Below are positions 17,988 through 26,306 of a stretch of 64,000 nt of DNA, one piece after another. Numbering within the stretch: position 1 is the first letter of the stretch; each line of letters begins with the position of its first letter. The stretch comes from Blastocatellia bacterium (GTDB lineage: Bacteria; Acidobacteriota; Blastocatellia; RBC074). Under the pieces are notes generated by a model. That model was not told the origin of the DNA, made no database searches, and worked only from the letters and a program-made list of their open reading frames with translations. The position numbers and the translations under genes were made by a program. Location: assembly GCA_035429885.1 (NCBI GenBank), contig DAOMFR010000003.1:28010-92009 (forward strand). The letters run 5' to 3'.

Positions 17988-18176
17988 CGAATAGCCAATA
18001 TGCTTGCTGGCGAAATTGCTCAATCGTTTGATGGCCGTTGAGCAAGTTTGCGCAACGAAGCCCCTCTAAGCGGTGCATTTGCGTCAAATTGGCAGGGAAC
18101 AGCGATTGCACTCCAAAACCTTGAAAGCCGTTTTTCTCGCTTTCGAACGTACCAATTAGTTTTGAGAGGAGTTGTT

Positions 18177-18572
18177 ATGAAAATCGCAAAGCTGTTCTTG
18201 ATTGTAATCGTTGGCGTGTTTGCTTACGCCGGAACACAGGCTTTTGCGCAGAAAGATGCCAGTCAAACCGAGCGGGGCAAAAAGCTGTTTATCAATTATT
18301 GCGCCAGTTGCCACGGCGTGGATGCCAAAGGCAGAGGCCCAGTCGCTTCGTCACTGAAAAAGACGCCGACGGATTTGACCAAACTTCAAAAGGGGCCGAA
18401 GTTTCCCACCAGCGAAGTCACCAAAAAGATCTCTGGAGATTCGGTGGCTCCGGTGCATGGGAAACGAGACATGCCGGTTTGGGGATTGATCTTCAGCCAG
18501 GAAGACATCGTCAATCTGGTGAAATATTTAGAATCCATTCAACGACTGTATGAGCCTCAACCGGCGGGGTAA
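18177..18572 (+). CDS. secreted monohaem c-type cytochrome
   Basis: SD GAGAGGAG lies upstream of the ATG at 18177. A signal peptide is present (MKIAKLFLIVIVGVFAYAGTQAFA). CASCHG is the haem motif, and the distal Met lies in RDMPVWG. Confidence 0.85.
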   Translation: MKIAKLFLIVIVGVFAYAGTQAFAQKDASQTERGKKLFINYCASCHGVDAKGRGPVASSLKKTPTDLTKLQKGPKFPTSEVTKKISGDSVAPVHGKRDMPVWGLIFSQEDIVNLVKYLESIQRLYEPQPAG

Positions 18573-18847
18573 GGTCTGCTCTGAACCCAGCCGTCGGCTC
18601 CAGAAGTCGTGAAGCCAGAATTATTTTTATATGCCGTGCGGGCCAGCCCAGGCTTGCACGGCTCGTTATCATTTCGACTGGTGCGAAGCTGGCAATCAAT
18701 TTCGAAACTCTCTCCCATCTTACAGTCTAATAGCCGTAAAGCCTTCAGCCAGTGCCGCATTGGTGCTAGGATACGGATTGCTTACCGGAGTTCACCCATA
18801 AACTCAATTTAGAAATGGTTCCGCGTCAAGAGAGTTGTTGACGTAGG

Positions 18848-20830
18848 ATGGTAAAAAGTAAAGTCATGTCTGAAGTTATCTCACCAAAAATATCTAACAA
18901 CACATTCAAGCGATGGTTTTTTGAGGGACAGGTCAGAGAGATCGAAGGCCCACACGAACGTGAAGGCCATCATCATACTCACCCTTGGTGGCAGGTGATG
19001 TGCCTGACCGGCGTGGATTATTTTTCGACACTTGGTTATCAGCCCAGCATTGCTTTTCTAGCTGCTGGAGCCTTGTCGCCGATTGCTACGCTGATCCTGG
19101 TTTTGCTGACTCTGTTCGGAGCGTTGCCGATTTACAGGCGAGTTGCAGCAGCCAGCCCGCACGGTGAAGGTTCGATTTCAATGTTGGAAGACTTGCTGCC
19201 GCGTTGGCGGGGCAAACTGTTTGTGCTGGTTCTGTTGGGATTCGTGGCGACGGATTTTGTCATCACGATTACGATGTCGGCGGCAGACGCGACGGAACAC
19301 ATCGTCAAAAACCCGCTCATGCCAGACTGGTTGCATCACCACGTGGTCGGAATCACATTGACGCTGGTGGCGGTTCTGGGAGCGATTTTTCTGAAAGGCT
19401 TCAAAGAAGCCATTGGTTTGGCAGTGGCGTTGGTGGCAGCTTATTTGTTGCTCAACCTGGTTGTTGTGTCTGTTGGGGTTTACCATGTTCTGATAAACCC
19501 GCAGGTAATTTCGAATTGGAAAGATGCGATGTTTGCCTTGCCGGAAGTGCGCGGTAATCCATTGTTGATGATTGGATTTGCGTTGATTCTGTTCCCGAAG
19601 CTGGCGCTGGGGCTTTCAGGGTTTGAAACCGGGGTTGCGGTTATGCCGCTGATCAAAGGCGAGCCGAATGATGAACCTGCGAAGCCGGCAGGTCGCATTC
19701 ATAATACCAGGAAGCTGTTGATTACCGCCGCACTGATTATGAGCTTTTTCCTGATTTCCAGCAGTCTGGTGACGACGATGCTGATTCCCGCTGAAGAGTT
19801 TCGCGCGGCGGGAAATGGTCAACCGGCAGGAGAAGCGTTCGGGCGCGCGTTGGCTTATTTGGCGCATGCCTATCTCGGGCATGGGTTTGGGACGGTTTAC
19901 GATATCAGCACGATTGTCATTTTGTGGTTTGCCGGCGCTTCGGCGATGGCGGGGTTGTTGAATATCGTGCCGCGATATTTACCGCGATACGGTATGGCTC
20001 CCGATTGGACAAAAGCCAATCGGCCGCTGGCTGTGGTGTTTACGGTCATCGCTTTTGCAGTAACAATCTATTTTGAAGCGAACGTCGAAGCTCAAGGCGG
20101 AGCTTATGCCACAGGCGTGTTGGTCTTGATGACTTCGGCGGCTGTTGCTGTAACCTTGTTGGTTTGGCGAGAAGGCAAGATCCGGTTTCTTTTCCTCACG
20201 ATTGCTCTGGTGTTCGGTTACACCACGGTTTTGAATATTTACGAACGTCCAGACGGCGTGAAGATCGCCTCGTTCTTTATTGCTGCCATCATTGTCGTTT
20301 CGATTGTTTCCAGGGCATTGCGTTCGACGGAATTGCGTGTTGATGGTGTTGAGTTTAACGAACAGGCTCGCCTGTTTATTGAAGAAGCCAAGAGTGGCAC
20401 GATTCGCATCATTGCCAACCGGCCTGATCGTGGAGATGTTGACGAATATCGGCTGAAAGAAAAAGAAGAGCGCTGGAACAATCATATTCCGTCAAACGAA
20501 CCGATTCTGTTTTTTGAAGTTCGCCCGGGAGATGCTTCAGACTTTTCCGGGTTGCTGAAAATTCGCGGTGTGCAAGTTGGCAGTTATCGGATTTTGCGGA
20601 CGAAAAGCCCGGCAGTTCCGAATGCGATTGCTGCATTTTTGCTGAACGTGCGCAATCAGACTGGCCAAATTCCGCATGTCTACTTCGGTTGGACCGAAGG
20701 CAATCCGTTGACTTACGTCTTGAAGTTCATCTTTTTTGGGGAAGGCGATACGGCTCCGGTGACTCATGAAATTTTGCGTCAGGCCGAGCCGGATCGTTCT
20801 CGCCGACCAGCAGTTCATGTGGGCGGCTAA
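18848..20830 (+). CDS. polytopic membrane transporter-like protein (APC/amino-acid-permease-like) with ~190 aa soluble C-terminal domain
   Basis: There are many TM segments from [21 protein letters not shown] onward. The hydrophilic C-terminal third starts near [12 protein letters not shown]. The family assignment is from memory only. Confidence 0.6.
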   Translation: MVKSKVMSEVISPKISNNTFKRWFFEGQVREIEGPHEREGHHHTHPWWQVMCLTGVDYFSTLGYQPSIAFLAAGALSPIATLILVLLTLFGALPIYRRVAAASPHGEGSISMLEDLLPRWRGKLFVLVLLGFVATDFVITITMSAADATEHIVKNPLMPDWLHHHVVGITLTLVAVLGAIFLKGFKEAIGLAVALVAAYLLLNLVVVSVGVYHVLINPQVISNWKDAMFALPEVRGNPLLMIGFALILFPKLALGLSGFETGVAVMPLIKGEPNDEPAKPAGRIHNTRKLLITAALIMSFFLISSSLVTTMLIPAEEFRAAGNGQPAGEAFGRALAYLAHAYLGHGFGTVYDISTIVILWFAGASAMAGLLNIVPRYLPRYGMAPDWTKANRPLAVVFTVIAFAVTIYFEANVEAQGGAYATGVLVLMTSAAVAVTLLVWREGKIRFLFLTIALVFGYTTVLNIYERPDGVKIASFFIAAIIVVSIVSRALRSTELRVDGVEFNEQARLFIEEAKSGTIRIIANRPDRGDVDEYRLKEKEERWNNHIPSNEPILFFEVRPGDASDFSGLLKIRGVQVGSYRILRTKSPAVPNAIAAFLLNVRNQTGQIPHVYFGWTEGNPLTYVLKFIFFGEGDTAPVTHEILRQAEPDRSRRPAVHVGG

Positions 20831-20859
20831 ACGCTAAAACTGAGAGAGGAGATTCATTA

Positions 20860-21519
20860 ATGGCCAAGCGTTTAATCAGTGTTGATGATTTCGTCGCGAC
20901 GATTTGTTCTTTTGAACAAGGCCTTATCACTCGAGACAGTGTGTCGGAATTTTGCGACAGCGTACAAATCAGTGATTCTTCGCTTGAGCCGTTTGTTTTC
21001 TTCGATCAGAACTTTTACACGCGCAACATGATTTACCGCGACGATTTGTTCGAAGTGATGACCATTTGCTGGCAACCCGGACAAAGAACCGCTGTCCATA
21101 CGCACAACGGCCAGCTTTGTTGGATGATTCCTCAGCGTGGCAATTTGGGAGTGGTAGATTACAAATGGTTGGGTTGCGATCACCCTGAAAACCAGAACGT
21201 TGTCGGCATTGATTGCCTGGCCGGCTCGGAGCACACCAAATTGGAAGTCGTCCGCCAGATCGAAGCCTGTGCTGGAGGCACCGTGTTGACCGCCGATAAA
21301 TTGCAGACAATTCATCGGCTATATAACTTTGACGAACCGGCAGTCAGCATCCACATTTACTCGCGCCCGATTGATTCTTGCGTGGCGTTCGATATGGAAA
21401 AGCAACATTGTTATCGTCGCCAACTGGCTTATTTCAGCAAATATGGCGTGTTGGAACCAAAGCCGGAAACAATGCCTGTGGCTGCGTCAAATCTGGTAAC
21501 GATTGCGGCGCGGCGCTAA
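20860..21519 (+). CDS. cysteine-dioxygenase-type-I-like cupin
   Basis: WQPGQRTAVHTHNGQLCWM, followed by later IHRL..., resembles the CDO/3-mercaptopropionate dioxygenase cupin motif. The gene is 29 nt downstream of the transporter gene. Confidence 0.65.
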   Translation: MAKRLISVDDFVATICSFEQGLITRDSVSEFCDSVQISDSSLEPFVFFDQNFYTRNMIYRDDLFEVMTICWQPGQRTAVHTHNGQLCWMIPQRGNLGVVDYKWLGCDHPENQNVVGIDCLAGSEHTKLEVVRQIEACAGGTVLTADKLQTIHRLYNFDEPAVSIHIYSRPIDSCVAFDMEKQHCYRRQLAYFSKYGVLEPKPETMPVAASNLVTIAARR

Positions 21520-21565
21520 CTGTTTGCCAAAATAAATTCCAATCGCTAAGATTCCCGCTTCGCAA

Positions 21566-22003
21566 ATGACCGAAATTGACGGCTATGAAGGCAGTGACGA
21601 CGACGCCAAGGTAAAATGGCGGCTTCAGCGCAACACATATATTTATATTCTGGTTGCGATGCTGGCTGCGTTTTTCTGGTCTGGCCGCAAAATGATGCTG
21701 GGAGTTGCTTTAGGCAGTATGCTGAGCCTGTTCAACAAACGATGGTTGGAAGGCAGCATGCGCGCGATGTTGAATCATTACATCGCACGCGAAACCGGCA
21801 AAGTTCCGCCTTACACCGTTTCGAAGTTCATCTTGCGTTATTTCGTCATTGCTCTGGTCATTGGAGCAGCGGTTTTTACTCGCAGAGTGCATCCGCTGGG
21901 AATTGGGATCGGTTTTGCCGCGCTGGTCGGCGGAGTGGTGATCGAAACGGCTTATCAGCTTTATCTGGGATTCAAAACGAATCCGAATTCATCTCAGGAA
22001 TAA
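21566..22003 (+). CDS. atpI: ATP synthase protein I-like small membrane protein
   Basis: A 145 aa protein with 3-4 TM segments, immediately upstream of atpB (9 nt gap). The call rests mostly on position. Confidence 0.55.
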   Translation: MTEIDGYEGSDDDAKVKWRLQRNTYIYILVAMLAAFFWSGRKMMLGVALGSMLSLFNKRWLEGSMRAMLNHYIARETGKVPPYTVSKFILRYFVIALVIGAAVFTRRVHPLGIGIGFAALVGGVVIETAYQLYLGFKTNPNSSQE

Positions 22004-22012
22004 TTAGCAATT

Positions 22013-23056
22013 ATGTTTCTACTGAATCTTCTGCAAGAACACGGAGAAAAAGCGGCTGAAGGAGCCGCAGCGACTCAGCACGGCGCTGAAGCGGCGACTC
22101 AGCATGGGGTGGAGGCTGCTGCACAGACTGCAGGTCACGTCGCCAACGCTGCTGGACATGCTGCTGAAGCTGCCGGACATGCGGCAGGTCACGGTGGCGG
22201 CCATCACGTGCCCTGGCTGGCTGAACAAGTCAATCATTTGCTCGGCCCGACTGTTTTTGAACTCCAAAAAGCGATCATGCCGCCGATTTACAGCGCGCTG
22301 AAAATCTTTGGGCCGCACTGGCCCGGCGAAGGCAAAACCTACGAACAGTACATTGCTTCGGGGGAATTGCCGATTCCCACCCAGATCGTCATGTTTTCGA
22401 TCGTTGTGTTGGTCGCTGTCGTCGTGTTGTGGTTGTTGCGCGGCAAGCTTTCGACCGAATCGCCGACTTCGCGCCAACAAACGTTTGAAGTTGCCGTCGA
22501 AGCAGTGCGCGGCTTTTTGGCTGATCTGGTCGGCCCAGGCGCGATGAAACATTTCCCCGTGGTGATGACGTTTGCCATCCTGATTCTGTTATCGAATCTG
22601 TTGGGAATGATCCCAGACATGATTTCGCCGACGGCGAATTTCAATGTGACACTGGCGTTGGCGATCACTTCATTCCTTTACTACAACTACGTTGGTATTC
22701 GGGAAAACGGGCTGTTCGGTCACATCAAACACTTTGCCGGTCCAATCTGGTGGTTGATTCCGTTGATGTTCCCGATTGAGATCATTAGTAATTTGGCGCG
22801 AATTCTCAGCTTGAGCATTCGTTTGTTCGGCAACATTTATGGTGAAGAGCAGGTCAGCGGAGCCGTTTCGGGAATGGTTCAGTGGGGCTTGCCGATTCTG
22901 TTGATGCCGCTGGGATTGCTGACGTTCTTCCTGCAAACATTCATCTTCATTCTGCTTTCGATGGTTTATCTGGGCGAAGTTTCGCACCACGACAGCCACG
23001 AACATGGCTCAGAAGCATTTGGTTCAGTCCAGGCGCATGGCCAGGCAGCGCACTAA
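22013..23056 (+). CDS. atpB: F-type ATP synthase subunit a, with a His/Ala-rich N-terminal extension
   Basis: [15 protein letters not shown] contains the essential Arg. The TM profile is typical of subunit a. The N-terminal ~60 aa are low complexity ([47 protein letters not shown]). Confidence 0.9.
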   Translation: MFLLNLLQEHGEKAAEGAAATQHGAEAATQHGVEAAAQTAGHVANAAGHAAEAAGHAAGHGGGHHVPWLAEQVNHLLGPTVFELQKAIMPPIYSALKIFGPHWPGEGKTYEQYIASGELPIPTQIVMFSIVVLVAVVVLWLLRGKLSTESPTSRQQTFEVAVEAVRGFLADLVGPGAMKHFPVVMTFAILILLSNLLGMIPDMISPTANFNVTLALAITSFLYYNYVGIRENGLFGHIKHFAGPIWWLIPLMFPIEIISNLARILSLSIRLFGNIYGEEQVSGAVSGMVQWGLPILLMPLGLLTFFLQTFIFILLSMVYLGEVSHHDSHEHGSEAFGSVQAHGQAAH

Positions 23057-23372
23057 GTTTTTTATTGGACAAGCCGGGCGGCTAGTCCTTTCTTTGACAA
23101 GATGACGTGATCGGCCTTTGATCCAAGGCAGCTTCAAGTTAACCCGAGGCGGAAACGTTGTGAGGCGCTTGCAGTCCCCCAGGACTTGCAATGCAGACCC
23201 AGCGTCGCATTCATCCCGAAGCCGTCGAACGTGACAGACCAGCATCACGCATCAACTGATCAACAGCAACTTTGGGCATTTGGAATTTCATACTGTTGTT
23301 TATCCAAATCCGATTGCCGAACGGTTGCCGATCCAAACCAACTTAACTTTATCTTTTAAGGAGAGAAAAACA

Positions 23373-23708
23373 ATGTCACGCAACGTGATTCGTGTGGTTG
23401 TCAGTTTAATGGTTGTTCTGGTTTCAGCAGTGAGCGCGATGGCTCAAACGCCAGGCGCGGCTGAAAGCGGAAGCGGTTTGGCTAAAGGCTTGGGCTACAT
23501 CGGCGCGGTTGTCGGATTCGGCATCGCCGCTGGTCTTTGCGGACTCGGCCAAGGCCGTGTCGGCGCTGCAGCTTGCGAAGGCTTGGCGCGCAACCCCGGA
23601 GCTTTCAAAGGCGTTCCGCTGCCGATGATTCTCGGTCTGGTGTTTATTGAAACCCTCGTGATCTTCACGCTGGTTGTCGTGTTGCTGATTGTTCCGCAAG
23701 CTGGATAA
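23373..23708 (+). CDS. atpE: F-type ATP synthase subunit c, with a signal-like N-terminal extension
   Basis: SD AAGGAGAG lies upstream of the ATG at 23373. GLCGLGQGRVGAAACEGLARNP forms the loop, and LGLVFIETLVIFTLVV carries the carboxylate helix. An extra N-terminal MSRNVIRVVVSLMVVLVSAVSAMAQ is present. Confidence 0.9.
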   Translation: MSRNVIRVVVSLMVVLVSAVSAMAQTPGAAESGSGLAKGLGYIGAVVGFGIAAGLCGLGQGRVGAAACEGLARNPGAFKGVPLPMILGLVFIETLVIFTLVVVLLIVPQAG

Positions 23709-23738
23709 TCACTCACGAGCCCATCAGTCTTAAAAAAA

Positions 23739-23774
23739 CAAAGGCGCACTCATTCGGGTGCGCCTTTGTTTTTG
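23739..23774 (+). terminator. Rho-independent terminator after atpE
   Basis: An 11-bp stem pairs CAAAGGCGCAC (23739-23749) with GTGCGCCTTTG (23758-23768). The loop is 8 nt. A T-run lies downstream and an A-run upstream. Confidence 0.8.
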
Positions 23775-23857
23775 TGCTTTGGTCTGTCAGTGAAGAGAGT
23801 GTAAACTGTGCGCGTTCAAGGTTCTTAAATCAAAAAGCTAAAGTGAAACAAGAAGGT

Positions 23858-23880
23858 TTTTGCCAAGAAGATTGGCAAAA
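23858..23880. promoter_or_regulatory. perfect palindrome TTTTGCCAA-N5-TTGGCAAAA (candidate operator)
   Basis: Read directly from the sequence, ~70 nt upstream of the 23952 ORF. The binding protein is unknown. Confidence 0.3.
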
Positions 23881-23951
23881 CTGGCAGTCAGTATTCAGCA
23901 GCCACCTCCTACAAGTTGATGACTGATTGCGGTATCTGACAGGGAGTTTTT

Positions 23952-25619
23952 ATGACCCAACGTCTTCGGAAAGCAGTAATTTTCGCAACGCTTTTGTCGT
24001 TAGTCATCAGCGCGATTTCCCCTAACGTTTATTCTCAAGGCCGACTTGGTCGCGCCCCGGCGCGTGATGCGGAAGGCAGTTCACCGCTGCCAGTTGGGAC
24101 GACCACCATTCCCGCAGGCACAATCATTATCCTGGAAATTGACGACCAATTGTCTTCCGCCGGCTCCAAGGTCAGCGACAGATTTCGCGCTCATGTAGTC
24201 AGTCCGGTGGTTGACGGAGCCAATAAAACACTGATTCCAGTCGGAATCGTTGTTGAAGGTCACGTCAGTTCCGTCAGTAAGGCAAAGTGGCGTCACCGCT
24301 CAGGGGTTCTGGCAATTGTGTTCGACAACTTCCGCCGTCCGAATGGCGATCCGGTGCCGGTTAAAGGAACCTTGACCAGTGCCAGCGCTGAAGACCGTAA
24401 GCGGATGGATGAGGAAGCTTATTTGAAAGGCGATTCTTCGCTCAAACGTGACATTGCCTTTATCGGAGGCGGCGCGGGTGCAGGCGCAGCCATTGGAGTG
24501 TTCACGGGCGGAGCACTGATGGGAGCCGGGATTGGCGCTGCCGTTGGATTGACTGCCGCCTTGTTGATGAAGGGCAAAGACGTCACCATTGAGCCAGGAC
24601 AACGGTTCGGAATGATTCTGACCCAACAGATTTCTTCAAATTTGTTTCAAGCGAACGCCAGTCCTATACCGACTCCGGTGCCAACGCCGATTCCCACACC
24701 GGTGCCTTTTCCACCTAATCCTAATCCGAATCCTTATCCGTATCAGCCAACGCCGACACCAACGCCATCCGGACCGCTTCCAGGCCCGCTGAGTCCTTAT
24801 GAAGCGACGACGATTCGTGAAGGCGATGGTTCCGTGAAGCTAAGAGTGAATGCCGACGCTCCCTCTTCCGGTTGGCGTGTGTTCAGTAATCACGAGAATC
24901 TGGCCAATGGGCTTGTACGAATTCGGTTGCGTGGAACTCCTCCGCGCAGCACTGGCGTCGAGCCAAGATTTCAACAATCCGCAATTCTTCCCGTGCCTGA
25001 AATTTGTCTGGATGACAAAAGCGGACTGTTGCGACGGGCGGAGTTTATGGACAAATACGGCAGGTCCAGCTTTTCCGTAGAGATTCCCTATCAACCCGGC
25101 ACTCGTTATGGACGGGCCCCGGCTTCAGCGCCATACAATGCTGGCAACTCCGGGACAAATTATTCAACTCCCGGTTATCCGAACGGAACCATACCCGTGG
25201 GAACGACTCCTCCGACAACAAACCAGCCGGGCACTTCATTACCCACTCCCACGACTTCGATTGCGGTCCAGGCGCAGAGTGCAGCGGCCAAAGTGGATTA
25301 CATCCGCCGACAATATGCCAATGATCTGGGATACATGATCAATCGTACTGGCCCTCCAACATTTATTGGCCAACAACCGCCGTCTGCAGATCAGAAACAA
25401 TTTTTTGATGGTTTGATGGCGTTGCATGCGTCATTGCTGAGATTGCAAACGGGAGCAACTGATGCGAATAGCGTGCGAAGTAACGCTAGAAGAGTGCAGG
25501 AAGATGCGGAACTCACTAACCAAACTTGGAAGCGTGTGCGGCTCGATTCCAATATGAACAGTCGCTGGCAGGCAGCTTACGCAGAAATCAATTCGCTTCT
25601 GGGTGTAGCGTTAAGATAG
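23952..25619 (+). CDS. secreted hypothetical protein with glycine-zipper segment and Pro/Thr-rich linker
   Basis: A signal peptide is present ([29 protein letters not shown]). A Gly-zipper is present ([29 protein letters not shown]). The linker is [35 protein letters not shown]. The C-terminal domain is of unknown family. Confidence 0.65.
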   Translation: MTQRLRKAVIFATLLSLVISAISPNVYSQGRLGRAPARDAEGSSPLPVGTTTIPAGTIIILEIDDQLSSAGSKVSDRFRAHVVSPVVDGANKTLIPVGIVVEGHVSSVSKAKWRHRSGVLAIVFDNFRRPNGDPVPVKGTLTSASAEDRKRMDEEAYLKGDSSLKRDIAFIGGGAGAGAAIGVFTGGALMGAGIGAAVGLTAALLMKGKDVTIEPGQRFGMILTQQISSNLFQANASPIPTPVPTPIPTPVPFPPNPNPNPYPYQPTPTPTPSGPLPGPLSPYEATTIREGDGSVKLRVNADAPSSGWRVFSNHENLANGLVRIRLRGTPPRSTGVEPRFQQSAILPVPEICLDDKSGLLRRAEFMDKYGRSSFSVEIPYQPGTRYGRAPASAPYNAGNSGTNYSTPGYPNGTIPVGTTPPTTNQPGTSLPTPTTSIAVQAQSAAAKVDYIRRQYANDLGYMINRTGPPTFIGQQPPSADQKQFFDGLMALHASLLRLQTGATDANSVRSNARRVQEDAELTNQTWKRVRLDSNMNSRWQAAYAEINSLLGVALR

Positions 25620-25633
25620 GAATGTTGGGAAGG

Positions 25634-25711
<78 letters not shown>

Positions 25712-25770
25712 CAATCGAAATTTCAAATCATTGATTTCAAATCTCAATTCGGAAAGTACCACAGACCAAA

Positions 25771-25804
25771 CAAAAGCGGCAATACGTTGCCGCTTTTGTT
25801 TTTT
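25771..25804. terminator. strong hairpin terminator, T-tracts on both sides
   Basis: A 12-bp perfect stem pairs CAAAAGCGGCAA (25771-25782) with TTGCCGCTTTTG (25787-25798). The tetraloop is TACG. TTTTTT lies downstream on the + strand, and a T-rich tail is also present on the - strand. Confidence 0.7.
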
Positions 25805-26050
25805 GCGCTCAGCAAGTAAACTCAAAACCTCCTCAATTTCACCAAACTCTTGTCTTCTCTTCCAAGAACAAGATTGAGGCATTTTGCCCTAGTGGTGTCA
25901 GAAATTGTCTCGCTTGGAACGGATGCGAATCACTTATTCTCTTCTGAAAACCAGTTCACAATTTAGGAATCACTAGGTTTTTTCTGTCTAAATAGAGTGA
26001 AGTTTTGGAATTGAACTGATTGCAGAAGACGATCATGAAAATATTTTTCC

Positions 26051-26066
26051 TGGCATACCTGTTGCT
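26051..26066 (+). promoter_or_regulatory. sigma54-type -24/-12 promoter match
   Basis: TGGCAT-ACCTG-TTGCT has the correct GG-N10-GC spacing. It lies ~240 nt upstream of the TonB-dependent receptor start. Confidence 0.4.
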
Positions 26067-26306
26067 CAAATTTAGACTCAATTTTCTTCGAACCTGGGGC
26101 AATTGTGATGACGCGTTGGATCCATCTTCACGTGTTTAATCGGCTCCCTTCCAGCTTTTAATTAGACATCAGCACACTGGCAAAGAAATATGCTGGGTGA
26201 AAAGAGTTCATTTGCCTGGATGAAGCGCTGATGCCATTTGCATTTTGTGTAAGCTTATTGGGCTGGCACAAAACGAACTACAACGAACTTTTAATCAGAG
26301 GTAACT

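Noticed and set aside
18690-18704. Sigma54-like TGGCAA-TCAAT-TTCG upstream of the transporter gene.
   Set aside because: The -12 element reads TTCG, so the conserved GC dinucleotide is inverted. I do not consider this a match.
23024-23248. A 74 aa minus-strand ORF in the atpB-atpE spacer.
   Set aside because: It overlaps the 3' end of atpB, and has no SD and no recognisable features.
21566-23708. Possibility that atpI-B-E belongs to an N-type (Na+) ATPase operon.
   Set aside because: N-ATPase operons begin with atpD-atpC-atpQ-atpR before atpB, and continue with atpF-A-G. Here a cupin gene precedes atpI-B-E and a terminator follows.
26067-26306. Riboswitch (for example cobalamin) or Fur box in the long leader of the TonB-dependent receptor.
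   Set aside because: I could not find a B12-box-like element or a GATAATGATAATCATTATC-like palindrome by eye. An Infernal scan would be needed to exclude other RNA families.
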